64,000 nt of DNA from Octopus vulgaris (Eukaryota): contig OX597821.1 in NCBI GenBank assembly GCA_951406725.2, forward strand, positions 100,998,001 through 101,062,000, written 5' to 3'. The notes beneath the pieces were generated by a model. That model saw only the letters and a list, made by a program, of their open reading frames with translations. It was not told where the DNA came from and made no database searches. The translations under genes were made by a program, and so were the position numbers. This document shows, in pieces, positions 52,554 to 64,000 of this stretch; the stretch's first letter is position 1, and every line of letters starts with the position of its first letter.

Positions 52554-54109
52554 GTATGTACACCAATTAAAAATGACAATATTGTGTCAGCATTTAAAAA
52601 CACATTTGCATGTTTAAATGTCAGTTGAGCTGTTGCTAATCATTCTTTAGACTATCAAGATTAATGCAATTCTGTATTTCTGAAATAAGTTTATATTATG
52701 TACTAGTGTCTCGGAGTGGTTGGCGTTAGGAAGGGCATCCAGCTGTAGAAAACTATGCCAAATCAGAGTGGATCCTAGCACAGCCTTCCAGTGTGCCAGC
52801 TTAGTCAAACCGTTCAACCCATGCCAGCATGGACAACAGATGTTAAATGATGATGATTAGTCAGAGTGGTGTCCTCATCTTGGTTATTGTTTTCACTTCT
52901 TCAGGTGTCTTGTCATTCTCCTTAGTGCCTTGCCTGGGCTTGAACTCAGAACCTCTAGGTGACTGCACTGCATTAACCAGTGCCTTTATCCACTATGCTA
53001 TGCCCATAGACAGTGACAGAAGGAATTTTTAAAGCTTATAAACCTCCATCGATGTCTTAAGTCAGCTCTATACATACATATTAAGATTAAGTCTTGTGAA
53101 TCTATCCACCTACCAACCCTCTCCAATCCCTGGTCCACCCCACTATATACACCCTACTGTAATTTGGGTGTACAATCCCTGATCCCCCACCAACTCTGTC
53201 ACATTTTTCACCATCTTTTTCTCCTCTCTCTCTTCTCCATCTGAAGAAACCATGAGACTACCACTTCCACAGTTTCTTCCCACAATTAGATATCAGCATT
53301 TTTTATGCAGCTACATATATTTTCAAAAGTAATACAAGGTTATTGAAGATATTAGCCATGTAAGCTCCTATGCTGGTGCCATGTAAAAAGCACCCAGTTC
53401 ACTCTAAAGTGGTTGGCATTAGGAAAGGCGTCCAGTCATAGAAACCATAGCAAAACAGGCACAGAGCTTGGTGTAGTCTTCTGACTTGCCTGTTCCTGTC
53501 AAACCATTCAACCCATGCCAGAATGGAAAATGGATGTTAAATGATGATGTTGTTGATGATGATGATAGACGTTTTCAACTTCAGAGATGAAAAAGTTTTC
53601 TATATTTACACCTCTTCTATGTTTTGGTGAGTTTGACATGCTTGTCAGCAGATGTTTTTTACCAGGACGTGTACATGTACTAGGCTGGATTTGAACCAGA
53701 TACCTTTAAATATAAGCTAAGGATAGTAACATTTTTATACACTAGGCCACTGATAAATTTCCATTGTCACTGTGAAGTGGTTGGCACCAGGAAAGGCATC
53801 TAGCTGTTTAAAGCATGCCAAAGCACACACTTGAGCTTGACACAGCCCCTTAGTTCATTAGCCCATGCAAATAGGGGAAAGGGATGTTTGTTGTTGTTGT
53901 TGGTGGTGGTGGAGGAGGAGGAGGAAGAGTCCAGCCTGGTACCAGGTACCAACCACACCTGCACCTATATTAGGAGCAGGCTTTGACTCAAGTAATTTGC
54001 GTGTGTGAAAAAAATACACTTGCTTAAAAAAAAACATATTGAATGTTTAGTAAACTTTGCTTAAAGGTATTTCATATTAAGCATTTCATTTTTGTTCTTT
54101 TCTGTTTAG

Positions 54110-54213
54110 TTGTCTCAACCAATGCACCTACTGTAAAACCAAGCATGCTCGTGGGGAATTAGGTAGTTACCCGCCAGACGACATAGTGCAACGAGCCGTG
54201 CAATCTTTTGAAG
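54110..54213 (+). CDS. CDKAL1: CDKAL1 coding exon 6 (radical SAM CxxxCxxC)
   Basis: tttag|[34 protein letters not shown]|gtaaac. Confidence 0.97.
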
Positions 54214-56210
54214 GTAAACTAATATATATTTTCTATTTCTTCCTTGCAAGAGTACACCAAAAACTCATCATTTAATGTCCACTTTCCATGCTAGCTTTCC
54301 ATGCTAGCATGAGTTGGACGATTTGACTGAGGACTGGCGAACCAGATGGCTGCACCAAGCTCCAATCTGATCTGGCAGAGTTTCTACAGCTGGATGCCCT
54401 TCCTAACGCCAACCACTCCGAGAGTGTAGTGGGTGCTTTTATGTGCCACCAGCACGAGGGCCAGTCAGGCAGTACTAGCAACGGCCATGCTCAAATGGTG
54501 TTTTTTACATGCCACCTGCACAGGAGCCAGTCCAGCGATACTGGCAACGACCTCGCTCAAATGTTTTTTTCACGTGCCAGTACTAATTCTAATTCCTATA
54601 AACATCATAAACATAACAATTGGATATTGAAAGGAAAACACTGACTAATTTTATATTATCTGGCTTTTTTTCATCATTATCATCTTTAACATCCACTTCT
54701 CTGTGCTTACATGGGTCAGATGGAATTAATTGAGGCAGATTTTCTACAGCCTGATGTCCCTCCTGTCTCCAGCCCAAATATTACCAAGTGATATTTTCTC
54801 ATATTCAAACTTGTTTTCATGAAAGACTGGAAGCTTATGACACTGCCTGTACAACAGTGGCACTTGTTTACAATTATCATAAGGTAGCACAAACACACAC
54901 ACACATACTCATTTACATGTAATCATAAGCACAAACAAAAATTGCCTCACTTACACAGACACACACACACACATCATTCAGCCTCACAACCCCACATCCT
55001 GGTTGGCATTAGGAAGGACATCAAGCTGTAGAAACCATGTAAAAGCAGACGTAGAACTTGGCATGGCTCTCTGGCTCATCTCTCCCTGTTGAACCTTCCA
55101 ACCAATACCAGTTGGGAAGCAAACTTCTTAACAACTCAGCCATGCTTGGTTGATAAAGAGAAAACTTACTCCATCAGAAGCAACATGGAGGATAGCTTTG
55201 GAAATTAGAGGAGGAAGAAGGAGAGTAGAGTGGGGTGACAACAAAGAAAACTGTAGGACCTGCAAGAAACTGAGATACTGAAAGCACACAGAGATGTGAC
55301 TGGTCAGTAGTCATTGATTTGGTTAATTAGGGTTGTACAAAAAGATATTATCATCCATAACCAGAATTTCAGTACCACTGCCAGCTACTGTAAAGGTCAG
55401 ACCAAAGAAGAAGCCTCTGTGTGGTTCTACAATTCTATATTTCTGAGATAAGGGATTTATATTACGTACACTGTTTAAATTTGTCAGAGTGGTGTCCTCA
55501 TCTTAATTGTTGCTTTCACTATGTTTTACAAGACACCTGAGTAAGGCTGGAGCATGCAACAGTTAAAACATAGTGAAAGCAACAATCAAGACGAGGACAC
55601 CAACTTGACTAGTGTAAACAGTATATATAACGCTATGTGGTTGTTTGACATTCTAGAAATAGCAGTCAAAATCTCCCCTCAAATTACATCCTTCTGTCTG
55701 AAATAGGAAGAAAACAATGGACAGTAGTCTCTGATATACAAAGAAGAAAAACAGGATGATCATGACTGGAACACCTTTGATCATAGATGTACTCAGCCTG
55801 GCCTGGCTTGGAGTTAAACATCATCTCCAAAGATAAATTAGTAAGACGGAAAATTACAAAATATTTATTTCACTGAAGTTCCCTCTAGTTTTCCTTTGAC
55901 TTCAAATTGCTGTAGTCACCCTCTCAGTTTGAAAGAGGTTCAAAGTCTATTTTAGGATACATTTTGGTATGGGTGAAACAATGAGATGAAGTTTAGTACC
56001 AAGACATAAAACCATAAGTATCTTCTACTATAGCCCCAGGCCAACCAAAACCTTCTGAGTGGATTTGACAGGCAGAAACTGAACACCCATTGTGTATAGT
56101 GTGTGTATGTTTATATCCTTCTTTTTATGGACTAACTACGAGAAAGGTGAATAAAAAAAATGTAATCAAAAGTTAAATAATTGATTAGTTAGTTGGATAG
56201 ATATTTAACC

Positions 56211-56604
56211 AACTAGCAGTATCGCCCGGCGTTGCTTGGGTTTGTTTCGACCCCTTAGAATTGGAATTTTTGAAAAGTAAAAATTTTGCATGATGTAGCT
56301 TGTTATTCTCTTTAAGTGAACATTTTTCTGGTTGAAATACACCAAAAAATGGTGACACAGCAGTCAAAAAATCGTAGAAAATAGGGATTTTCAAAGAAAA
56401 AAGGACCTTTTTGATGTGAATAATTTTTGGTGTTAACATGGCCCGATTTGAATTTTTTCTTCTATGGAAGGAAGAGCAAGCCTTCTATCATACTCTCAAT
56501 TTTGGTCAACTTGTGCCGCAGGGTCTCAGAGGAGATAGTGTTAGTTGAAGACTACCAAACCTGCCATACACAGATAACTTCAGCTTTATATATATATAGA
56601 GATT
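56211..56604. mobile_element. Non-autonomous Helitron/Helentron-like (DINE/HINE-type) element
   Basis: Begins aactagcagtatcgcccggcgttgcttggg (GC hairpin beside ACTAG) and ends cagctttatatatatatagagat. Confidence 0.6.
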
Positions 56605-56778
56605 AACTAATAAGAGAGCAGTGGAATTGAACCAGTCTGTGTGTTATTCATATCAGCGTAATGACTCTCCCCAGACACAACATTATCAAAAGGTATCTTT
56701 CTTGACAAAGTAGGTTTGTTACAAGCTGAAACTGGAATGAATCGTAATGTATGGTGACATGCATAAATATGTACTCAG

Positions 56779-57223
56779 GTATAGATGTGAGGCTAAGAAG
56801 TTTGCTTCTGAATCACATGGTTCTGGGTTCAGTCTACTGCATAGCACCTTGGATAAATATCTTCTACTACAGCCCCAGGCCAACCAAAACCTGAGTGGAT
56901 TTGGCAGGCAGAAACTGAACACCCATTGTGTATAGTGTGTGTGTGTTTATATATATATATAATAATAATATTAGGGAGTATATCCAAACTTACTGGGAAA
57001 AATTAGATTTAGGATTAAATCAAATTTCACAGTATAAATATAAATTAAATTAGAGATAAAACCACTATTAGGCAACTCAAACAGTGATAGATATAAACCA
57101 AAACATAAAAAACAAAAAATAAATATAATTAATTAATATAATATATTCAGCTTTAAAAAAAAATTAGAAGTTTAAAGATTTAAAATTTTAAATTTTAATA
57201 ATTTAAATTTTAAATTTTATATG

Positions 57224-57264
<41 letters not shown>

Positions 57265-57354
57265 TATATTAATTATATTTATTTTTTGTTTTTATGTTTT
57301 GGTTTATGCCTATCACTGTTTGAGTTGCCTAATAGTGGTTTTATCTCTAATTTA

Positions 57355-57412
<58 letters not shown>

Positions 57413-58430
57413 ATCCTTCTTTTGACATTATGTGATAGTTGTAAATGAATATCACTTAATGTAATTTAAGTAGAATTATTTATCTCCAATATCCTGTTTA
57501 AACATGTTTGGGCATGAGAAAAGACCACTTTGCTCAGAAATAGGTGAGAGTTGGTAACAAGAAGGGCATCTGGTTACAGAAAATCTGCCCCAATAAACTT
57601 TTTCCAATCATGCAAGAATGGAAAAGTGTGGACATTAAAATGATGATTATGTTAACAATTAAAGCTGTCGAAATAAATCCCATATGAAAACAGTTTATTG
57701 AAACGTATCATGCTTGTTCCAATCACTTTTGATTATCTGTTATATAATCTTGTTATTATCAAGTATTATAGAGTAATGGTTCTTAATATCTTTATAAACC
57801 ATGAACAAAAAACAATAATATTATGTTTATAAATACCACTAGTTACTTGAACAACATCAAAAGCAAATAGCTAACCATATTTCCTTATTAGTCAAATACA
57901 TGAATGTTCTTTTTTTCTCTGTTTTTTTTTTCAGAGTATTTAAAAAGGTGTATTAAGATCAAATTTGTAGTGGTAAAACAAATGTATCAGTAGATGACTA
58001 ATATTATTTTCTCATCCTGCCGGTGGCACGTAAAAAGCACCAACCAATCATGGCCATTGCCAGCCTCCCCTGGCACCTGTGCTGGTGGCATGTAAAAAAC
58101 ACCCACTACACTCACAGAGTGGTTGGCGTTAGGAAGGGCATCCAGCTGTAGAAACACTGCCAGATCAGACTGGAGCCTGGCGCAACCTACTGGCTTCCCA
58201 GACCCCAGTTGAACTGTCCAACCCATGCTAGCATGGAAAACGGACGTTAAACGATGATGATGTATAGATATGAGGTTAAGGAGTTTGCTTCTCAATCACA
58301 TGGTTCTGGGTTCAGTCTACTGCATAGCACCTTGTATAAGTATCTTCTACTATAGCCCCAGGCCAACCAAAACCTTCTGAGTGGATTTGGCAGGCAGAAA
58401 CTGAACACCCATTATGTATAGTATGTTTGT

Positions 58431-58482
<52 letters not shown>

Positions 58483-59420
58483 ATTTCGGAATGGTCATTT
58501 TGCCAGTTTAGCCAATATATAAACGTAATATATATATATATATGTGTGTGTGTGTATATGTTTATATCCTTCTTTTGACATTATGTGATAGTTGTAAATG
58601 AATATCACTTAATGTAATTTAAGTAGAGTTATTTATTTCCAATATCCTGCTTAAACATGTTTGGGCGTGAGAAAAGACCACTTTGCTCAGAAATAGGTGA
58701 GTGTTGGTAACAAGAAGGGTATCTGGTTACAGAAAATCTGCCCCAATAAACTTTTTTCCAACCATGCAAGAATGGAAAAGTGTGGACGTTAAAATGATGA
58801 TTACGTTGACAATTAAAGCTGTTGAAATAAATCCCATATGAAAACAGTTTATTGAAACGTATCATGCTTGTTCCAATCACTTTTGATTATCTGTTATATA
58901 ATCTTGTTATTATCAAGTATTATAGAGTAATGGTTCTTAATATCTTTATAAACCATGAACAAAAAACAATAATATTATGTTTATAAATACCACTAGTTAC
59001 TTGAACAACATCAAAAGCAAATAGCTAACCATATTTCCTTATTAGTCAAATACATGAATGTTCTTTTTTTCTCTGTTTTTTTTTTTTTCAGAGTATTTAA
59101 AAAGGTGTATTAAGATCAAATTTGTAGTGGTAAAACAAATGTATCAGTAGATGACTAATATTATTTTCTCATCCTGCCGGTGGCACGTAAAAAGCACCAA
59201 CCAATCATGGCCATTGCCAGCCTCCCCTGGCACCTGTGCTGGTGGCATGTAAAAAACACCCACTACACTCACAGAGTGGTTGGCGTTAGGAAGGGCATCC
59301 AGCTGTAGAAACACTGCCAGATCAGACTGGAGCCTGGTGCAGCCTCCTGGCTTCCCAGACCCCAGTCAAACCATCCAACCCATGCTAGCATGGAAAACGG
59401 ACATTAAACGATGATGATGT
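56779..59420. repeat. Tandem segmental duplication in a CDKAL1 intron
   Basis: 56779-58262 and 58262-59420 are highly similar except for different inserts in the central (TA)n. Confidence 0.92.
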
Positions 59421-59694
59421 ACTAAGACTAGCTATAGGTGTTTACTATTGATTGATATCTTCAACAGAAAGTATATCATTAAAATAAATACATAGAATTG
59501 TCTGTTTATTAGCAGAGAATTGTTTAAAAATGAAACTCTGTTTAGCCATTATCTACATGATGAATGACAGTTATTAGGCTGAAAGTATTATTTATGCTTG
59601 CGACATTGAGTTAGACTAATAGCAAAATGAATTCAAAATATTCATAGCAAACCGTAACTCTAAAGTAAGACAAATGTTAGTATAATACGTATAA

Positions 59695-59912
59695 TATTGG
59701 GTTGTCTGGAAAGTTCATGCCAATTAGTAGTAGCTTACCTTTTGACTTAATTTAAAACATAGTTGAGTCCAAAAAATAGGATTTGACTACACCTCCATTT
59801 AGAGCACAGTTTAAGCTATCTTTTCGTGGAAGAAGGTTTATGTTCCTATAAGTATTTATTGACCTTTTTCTTTCCTTTAAAAATCGGCACGAACTTTCCA
59901 GACAACCCAATA
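59695..59912. mobile_element. Mariner-type MITE
   Basis: ~30-bp TIRs tattgggttgtctggaaagttcatgccaatt / aatcggcacgaactttccagacaacccaata with TA ends. Confidence 0.8.
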
Positions 59913-60274
59913 CTTGTGGTACTCCATCAGTTACAATAATGAGGGTTCTAGTTGATCCGATCAACAGAACAGCATGCTTGTGAAATTAACGTGCAAGTGG
60001 CTGAGCGCTCCACAGCCATGCATACCCTTAATGCAGTTCTCAGGGAGATTCAGCATGAAACAATGTGGCAAGGCTTGCCCTTTGAAATACAGGCACTACT
60101 TATTTTTGCCAACTGAAGTGGAACAACATGAAATAGAGTATCTTGCTCAAGGACACAATGTGCTGCCTGGAATTGAACTGATGGCCTCACAACCGTGAAC
60201 CAAATACTTTAACCACTAAGCCATGTTCCTTCATTGTTAGTATAATAATTCTATGTTAAATTTTGTTTTTACAG

Positions 60275-60441
60275 AGGGTGTTGTGGAGATATGGCTTACT
60301 TCTGAAGATCTTGGTGCTTATGGCCATGATATTGGTGTAACGCTTCCTGAACTTCTCTGGAAACTTGTTGATGTAATACCTGAAGGTTGTATGTTGCGGT
60401 TAGGAATGACTAACCCACCTTACATTTTGGAACATTTAGAG
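60275..60441 (+). CDS. CDKAL1: CDKAL1 coding exon 7
   Basis: tacag|[56 protein letters not shown]|gtaatt. Confidence 0.97.
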
Positions 60442-61029
60442 GTAATTACTTTAATTAATTTAATTGTTTCACTCATTGGACTGTGACCATTCTGGGGCAC
60501 TGCCTTGAAGGTCCTTAATCAAGCAAACCACCACTAGCACTCATTTTTTTAAAATCTGGTACTCATTCTGTCGGCCTCTTTTGTCAAAGTGCCAAGTTAC
60601 TGGGATATAAACAAACCAACACCAGATTTTCAAGTGGTGGAGAGGGGAACAAATACACACACACACACACACATGCCCATTTTTCCCGTCTCTCCAGCTG
60701 TTTTCTTTCCTTATTCCTTTCTGTAGTAAAGTGTAAGCCCAAAACATCAAAGACTCTTCCGTTTTACTTGAACATCAAACTAATACACCTTGTTTATTGT
60801 TTCCTCACCAGTCTTTGTCTTTTGTATTTTGAACTATGCATATACATACATACGTACATACATTCATTCATTCATTCTTTGATGTTCATTTTTCATGCTG
60901 GCATGGTTGGATGGTTTGACCAGAGCCAGTAAGGCTGCACCAGGCTTCATTGTCTGTTCTGACATGGTTTTTTATGTGGCACCAACACCAGTACCAATTC
61001 TGCTGTGGTGTGTGTGTATATATATATAT

Positions 61030-61640
61030 ATATAACCTTCTTGGCAAGCACAAGTGTGACCATAACCTTGTGGCCTATGCTAGAGGTGTAACCAGACCAT
61101 TTATGCATGCCTTTTCTTCATTGAACACTAAACTCTGCTTGCGAAGACCAGTTGAGGCAAGTGAAATCGAAGTCGAAATCTAACTCGGTGACTGGCATCC
61201 CTTGATAGTGGAGCACTAAGAGTACCATACGAGTGAGATCATTGCCAGAGCAACAAGCTGGCCTTCATGCCGATGGCACGTTAAAAACACCATTCGAGCG
61301 TGATCATTACCTGCGTCACCTTACTAGCACTTGTGCTGGTGGCACGTGAAAAAAACATTCGAGCGAGGTCATTGCCAGTGCCACCGGACTGGCTCCTGTG
61401 CCGGTGGCATATAAAAAGCACCATTTGAGCGTGGCTGTTGCCAGTACCACCTAACTGGCCCTCGAGCCGGTGGCACGTAAAAGCACCCACTACACTCTCG
61501 GAGTGGTTGGCGTTAGGAAGGGCATCCAGCTGTAGAAACTCTGCCAGATCAGATTGGAGTCGGGTTCGCCAGACCTCAGTCAAATCGTCCAACCCATGCT
61601 AGCATGGAAAGCGGACGTTAAACAATGATGATGATGATAT
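61030..61640 (+). mobile_element. (GAT)n-tailed retroposon with internal ~55-bp tandem units (longest copy)
   Basis: Repeated units ..gtggcacgtaaaaagcaccatt.gagcgtg.tcattgccag.., conserved 3' body (gagtggttggcgttaggaagggcatccagctgtagaaac) and gatgatgat tail. Other copies at ~2450-2630, 27720-28212, 29725-30018, 31560-31805, 49237-49500, 54265-54582, 58017-58262, 59175-59420. Confidence 0.8.
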
Positions 61641-61974
61641 ATATATATATATATGTACTACAAGTTTCATCATGGTTTTTGTCTATTAAAATTCACTCAC
61701 AGTGCATTAATTAGTGCAGGGCTATAGTAGAAGACAGTTACCAAAGGTGATGTACAATGGAACTGAACTCAAAACCATGCGGATGTAAAGCTAGCTACTT
61801 AACCACAAGGCCATGCCTGTGTCTACGGTTTCAGTAATTCTGAAAGGACATTTTCATTTTGACTTTTAATGCTTTTCACACTTTCCGTGTTCAAATTGTT
61901 TACTTTGCATATTACAATCTTCTCCACCACAGTTAACAGTATACATGTTAGTTATGTTTTGTTTTTCATTGAAG

Positions 61975-62119
61975 GAAATGGCTAAGATTTGTAACCACCC
62001 ACGAGTTTATGCCTTTTTACACGTTCCTGTGCAGTCAGCCTCTGACAGTGTTCTCATGGACATGAAACGAGAATATTGTATTGATGACTTCAGACATGTT
62101 GTAGATTTTCTAAAGAAAA
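61975..62119 (+). CDS. CDKAL1: CDKAL1 coding exon 8
   Basis: tgaag|[47 protein letters not shown]..|gtaagc; the 3' end has a 1-nt phase problem (see findings). Confidence 0.93.
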
Positions 62120-62159
62120 GTAAGCCTTTTCTTTTTTTTTAAGTATGTTTGTGTGTGTG

Positions 62160-62205
<46 letters not shown>

Positions 62206-63270
62206 GCTTGTTTCAGTCATTAGACTGTAGTCTTACTTGGATGCCACCTTGAAGAATTTTAAACCTGATACTTATTCTATCTGCCTCTTTTGCCAAACTG
62301 CTAAGTTAAACAGACAAACACACTAACCCCAGTTATCAAGCATTGATGGAGGACAAACACAGTCACAAAGACACAAATACACATATATATTTATACATGA
62401 CAGGCTTCTTTCAGTTTCCATCTACTAAATCCAATCCACTCACAAGGCTTTGATTGGTTCATGGCTATACTAGAAGACATTTACCCAAGGTGCCACTGAA
62501 CTCAGAACCATGCAAATTTCCTACCACACAGCCACGCCTCTACACCTGTGTTATAAGAAGCTTGCTTCCCAACTGCAAGGTTTCAGGTTCATTCCCACTG
62601 CATTGCACTTTAAGAAAGTGTCTTCTGCTAGTTGAAGAAGGTTGGAAAATGTGATGGTTGAAACCTTGTGATTTTAACAATCAAGCTGAGGACACTAGTG
62701 CAAATATACCAATGTGTAATAAGGATAATTCCTTAACTCAGAAATTTAAATTAAAAACGTTATTTTTCTTTATCTTTTAATTCTTATTTGTTTCAGTCAT
62801 TAGATTGTGGCCATGCTGGGGCACTGCCTTGAAGAATTTTTGGTCAAATGAATCAACCCCAGTACTTTTGTTTTTAGCCTGGTATTTATTCTGTTGGTCT
62901 CTTTTGCCAAACTGCTAAGTTACAGGGATGTAAACAAACCAACACCAGTTGTCAAGCAGTGGTAGGCCACAAACACACACACACATACAACAGGCTTCTT
63001 CCAGTTTCCATTTACCAAATCCACTTTACAAGGCTCTGGTCGGCCCAAGACTGTAGTAGAAGATACTTACCCAAGGTACCATGCAGTGGGACTGAACCCA
63101 GAACCATGTAGTTTGGAAACAAGCTTCTTACCACACAGCTGCACCTGTTCTTTAAGTTAACTCACAAGAGTTTAAAGTTTTTTGATTGCACTTTGTAGTT
63201 TCGTCTTGAAATGTCTTGTAATCCATAAAGATAACTATTAATTTGTTCCTTGTTTTTGTTTTCTTTTCAG

Positions 63271-63331
63271 AGTTCCTGGTATTACCATTGCTACAGACAT
63301 TATATGTGGCTTCCCAACAGAGACAAATGAG
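63271..63331 (+). CDS. CDKAL1: CDKAL1 coding exon 9 (gene continues beyond the right edge)
   Basis: tttcag|[21 protein letters not shown]|gtatga; TDIICGFP motif. Confidence 0.95.
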
Positions 63332-64000
63332 GTATGAGGAAGTCAGTTCTTAATTATTTTGGTGTGGAAGGAAGCAAAATGTATGCATTTATATGTGTAT
63401 GTTCTTTCTTTGCCTCTCTGTCTATCTAACTTTCTATCTATCTTTCATGCACACAATGACAAGTAGCTCACATTTTATTCTCTCAAATTTTTTTACTCTA
63501 ACTTTGCTGGAAGTCTTTGAGTCTTAAAAGAAGTTAACCAAAGTTTTAGCTTGATACTGTGAAATAACAGGGTCTAATATTGTGTCCTTTTCATATTTTT
63601 AGCATTTTATTTTGTTAATTCCTTAATGCAAGTATATGTTTTATTATTGTCATAGATTATATATAATAGAAGTTGTTGCTGTGTGATAGCCTTTTGATAA
63701 AATTATGTAATACACTAATTATTTTTGAAAATAATGTAAAAAATTTATGCAAAATTCACAAATTTGGATTATAGGAAATAAAGAATAATTAGAAGTCCTT
63801 ATATCTCAGCAAGTAGAAGATGCATGGTTCAGTAGTTAGTGTCGAGCTCACAATCATGAGGTAGTGAGTTCGATACCTGGATCGGGCTGTGTGTTGTGTT
63901 CTTGAGCAAGACACTTTATTTTATGTTGCTCCAGTTCACCCAGCTGTAGAAATGTGTTGCAACGTCACTGGTGCCAAGTTGTATCTTTCCCTTGTATAAC

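Noticed and set aside
60715-60765. Hammerhead-like remnant (gtagtaaagtgtaagcccaaaacatcaaag)
   Set aside because: Neither CUGANGA nor GAAA is intact; too degenerate to call.
61095-61185. Possible HDV-like ribozyme at the 5' end of the (GAT)n-tailed retroposon
   Set aside because: Only one hairpin (gcttgc...gcaagt) is evident; I could not build the nested double pseudoknot by eye. A descriptor search on the family consensus would be needed.

Overview
AT-rich, repeat-dense eukaryotic genomic DNA. The SINE families and microsatellite load look like a coleoid cephalopod (Octopus-like); this is inference. Two divergently oriented multi-exon genes can be assembled by hand from GT-AG exons. SPTLC1/LCB1 (serine palmitoyltransferase subunit 1) is on the minus strand: coding exons 1-7, ATG at 18040, running off the left edge. 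CDKAL1/MtaB (tRNA methylthiotransferase) is on the plus strand: nine coding exons from 45267, running off the right edge. The ~27 kb between them has no recognisable host gene. Introns and the intergenic space hold tRNA-derived SINEs, RTE and CR1 LINE fragments, Tc1/mariner, hAT and piggyBac-like MITEs, a helitron-like element and a 5'-truncated Penelope-like element (PLE). The most notable signals are RNA-structural: (1) a minimal hammerhead ribozyme with a compensatory U3-A8 core variant in both inverted PLE repeats; (2) a canonical-core hammerhead on the sense strand of a CDKAL1 intron; (3) several long intronic fold-back hairpins. A 1-nt frame discrepancy at a CDKAL1 splice junction and a ~1.2-1.5 kb intronic tandem duplication are also flagged. 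Most ORFs in the supplied track are spurious (repeats or microsatellites).
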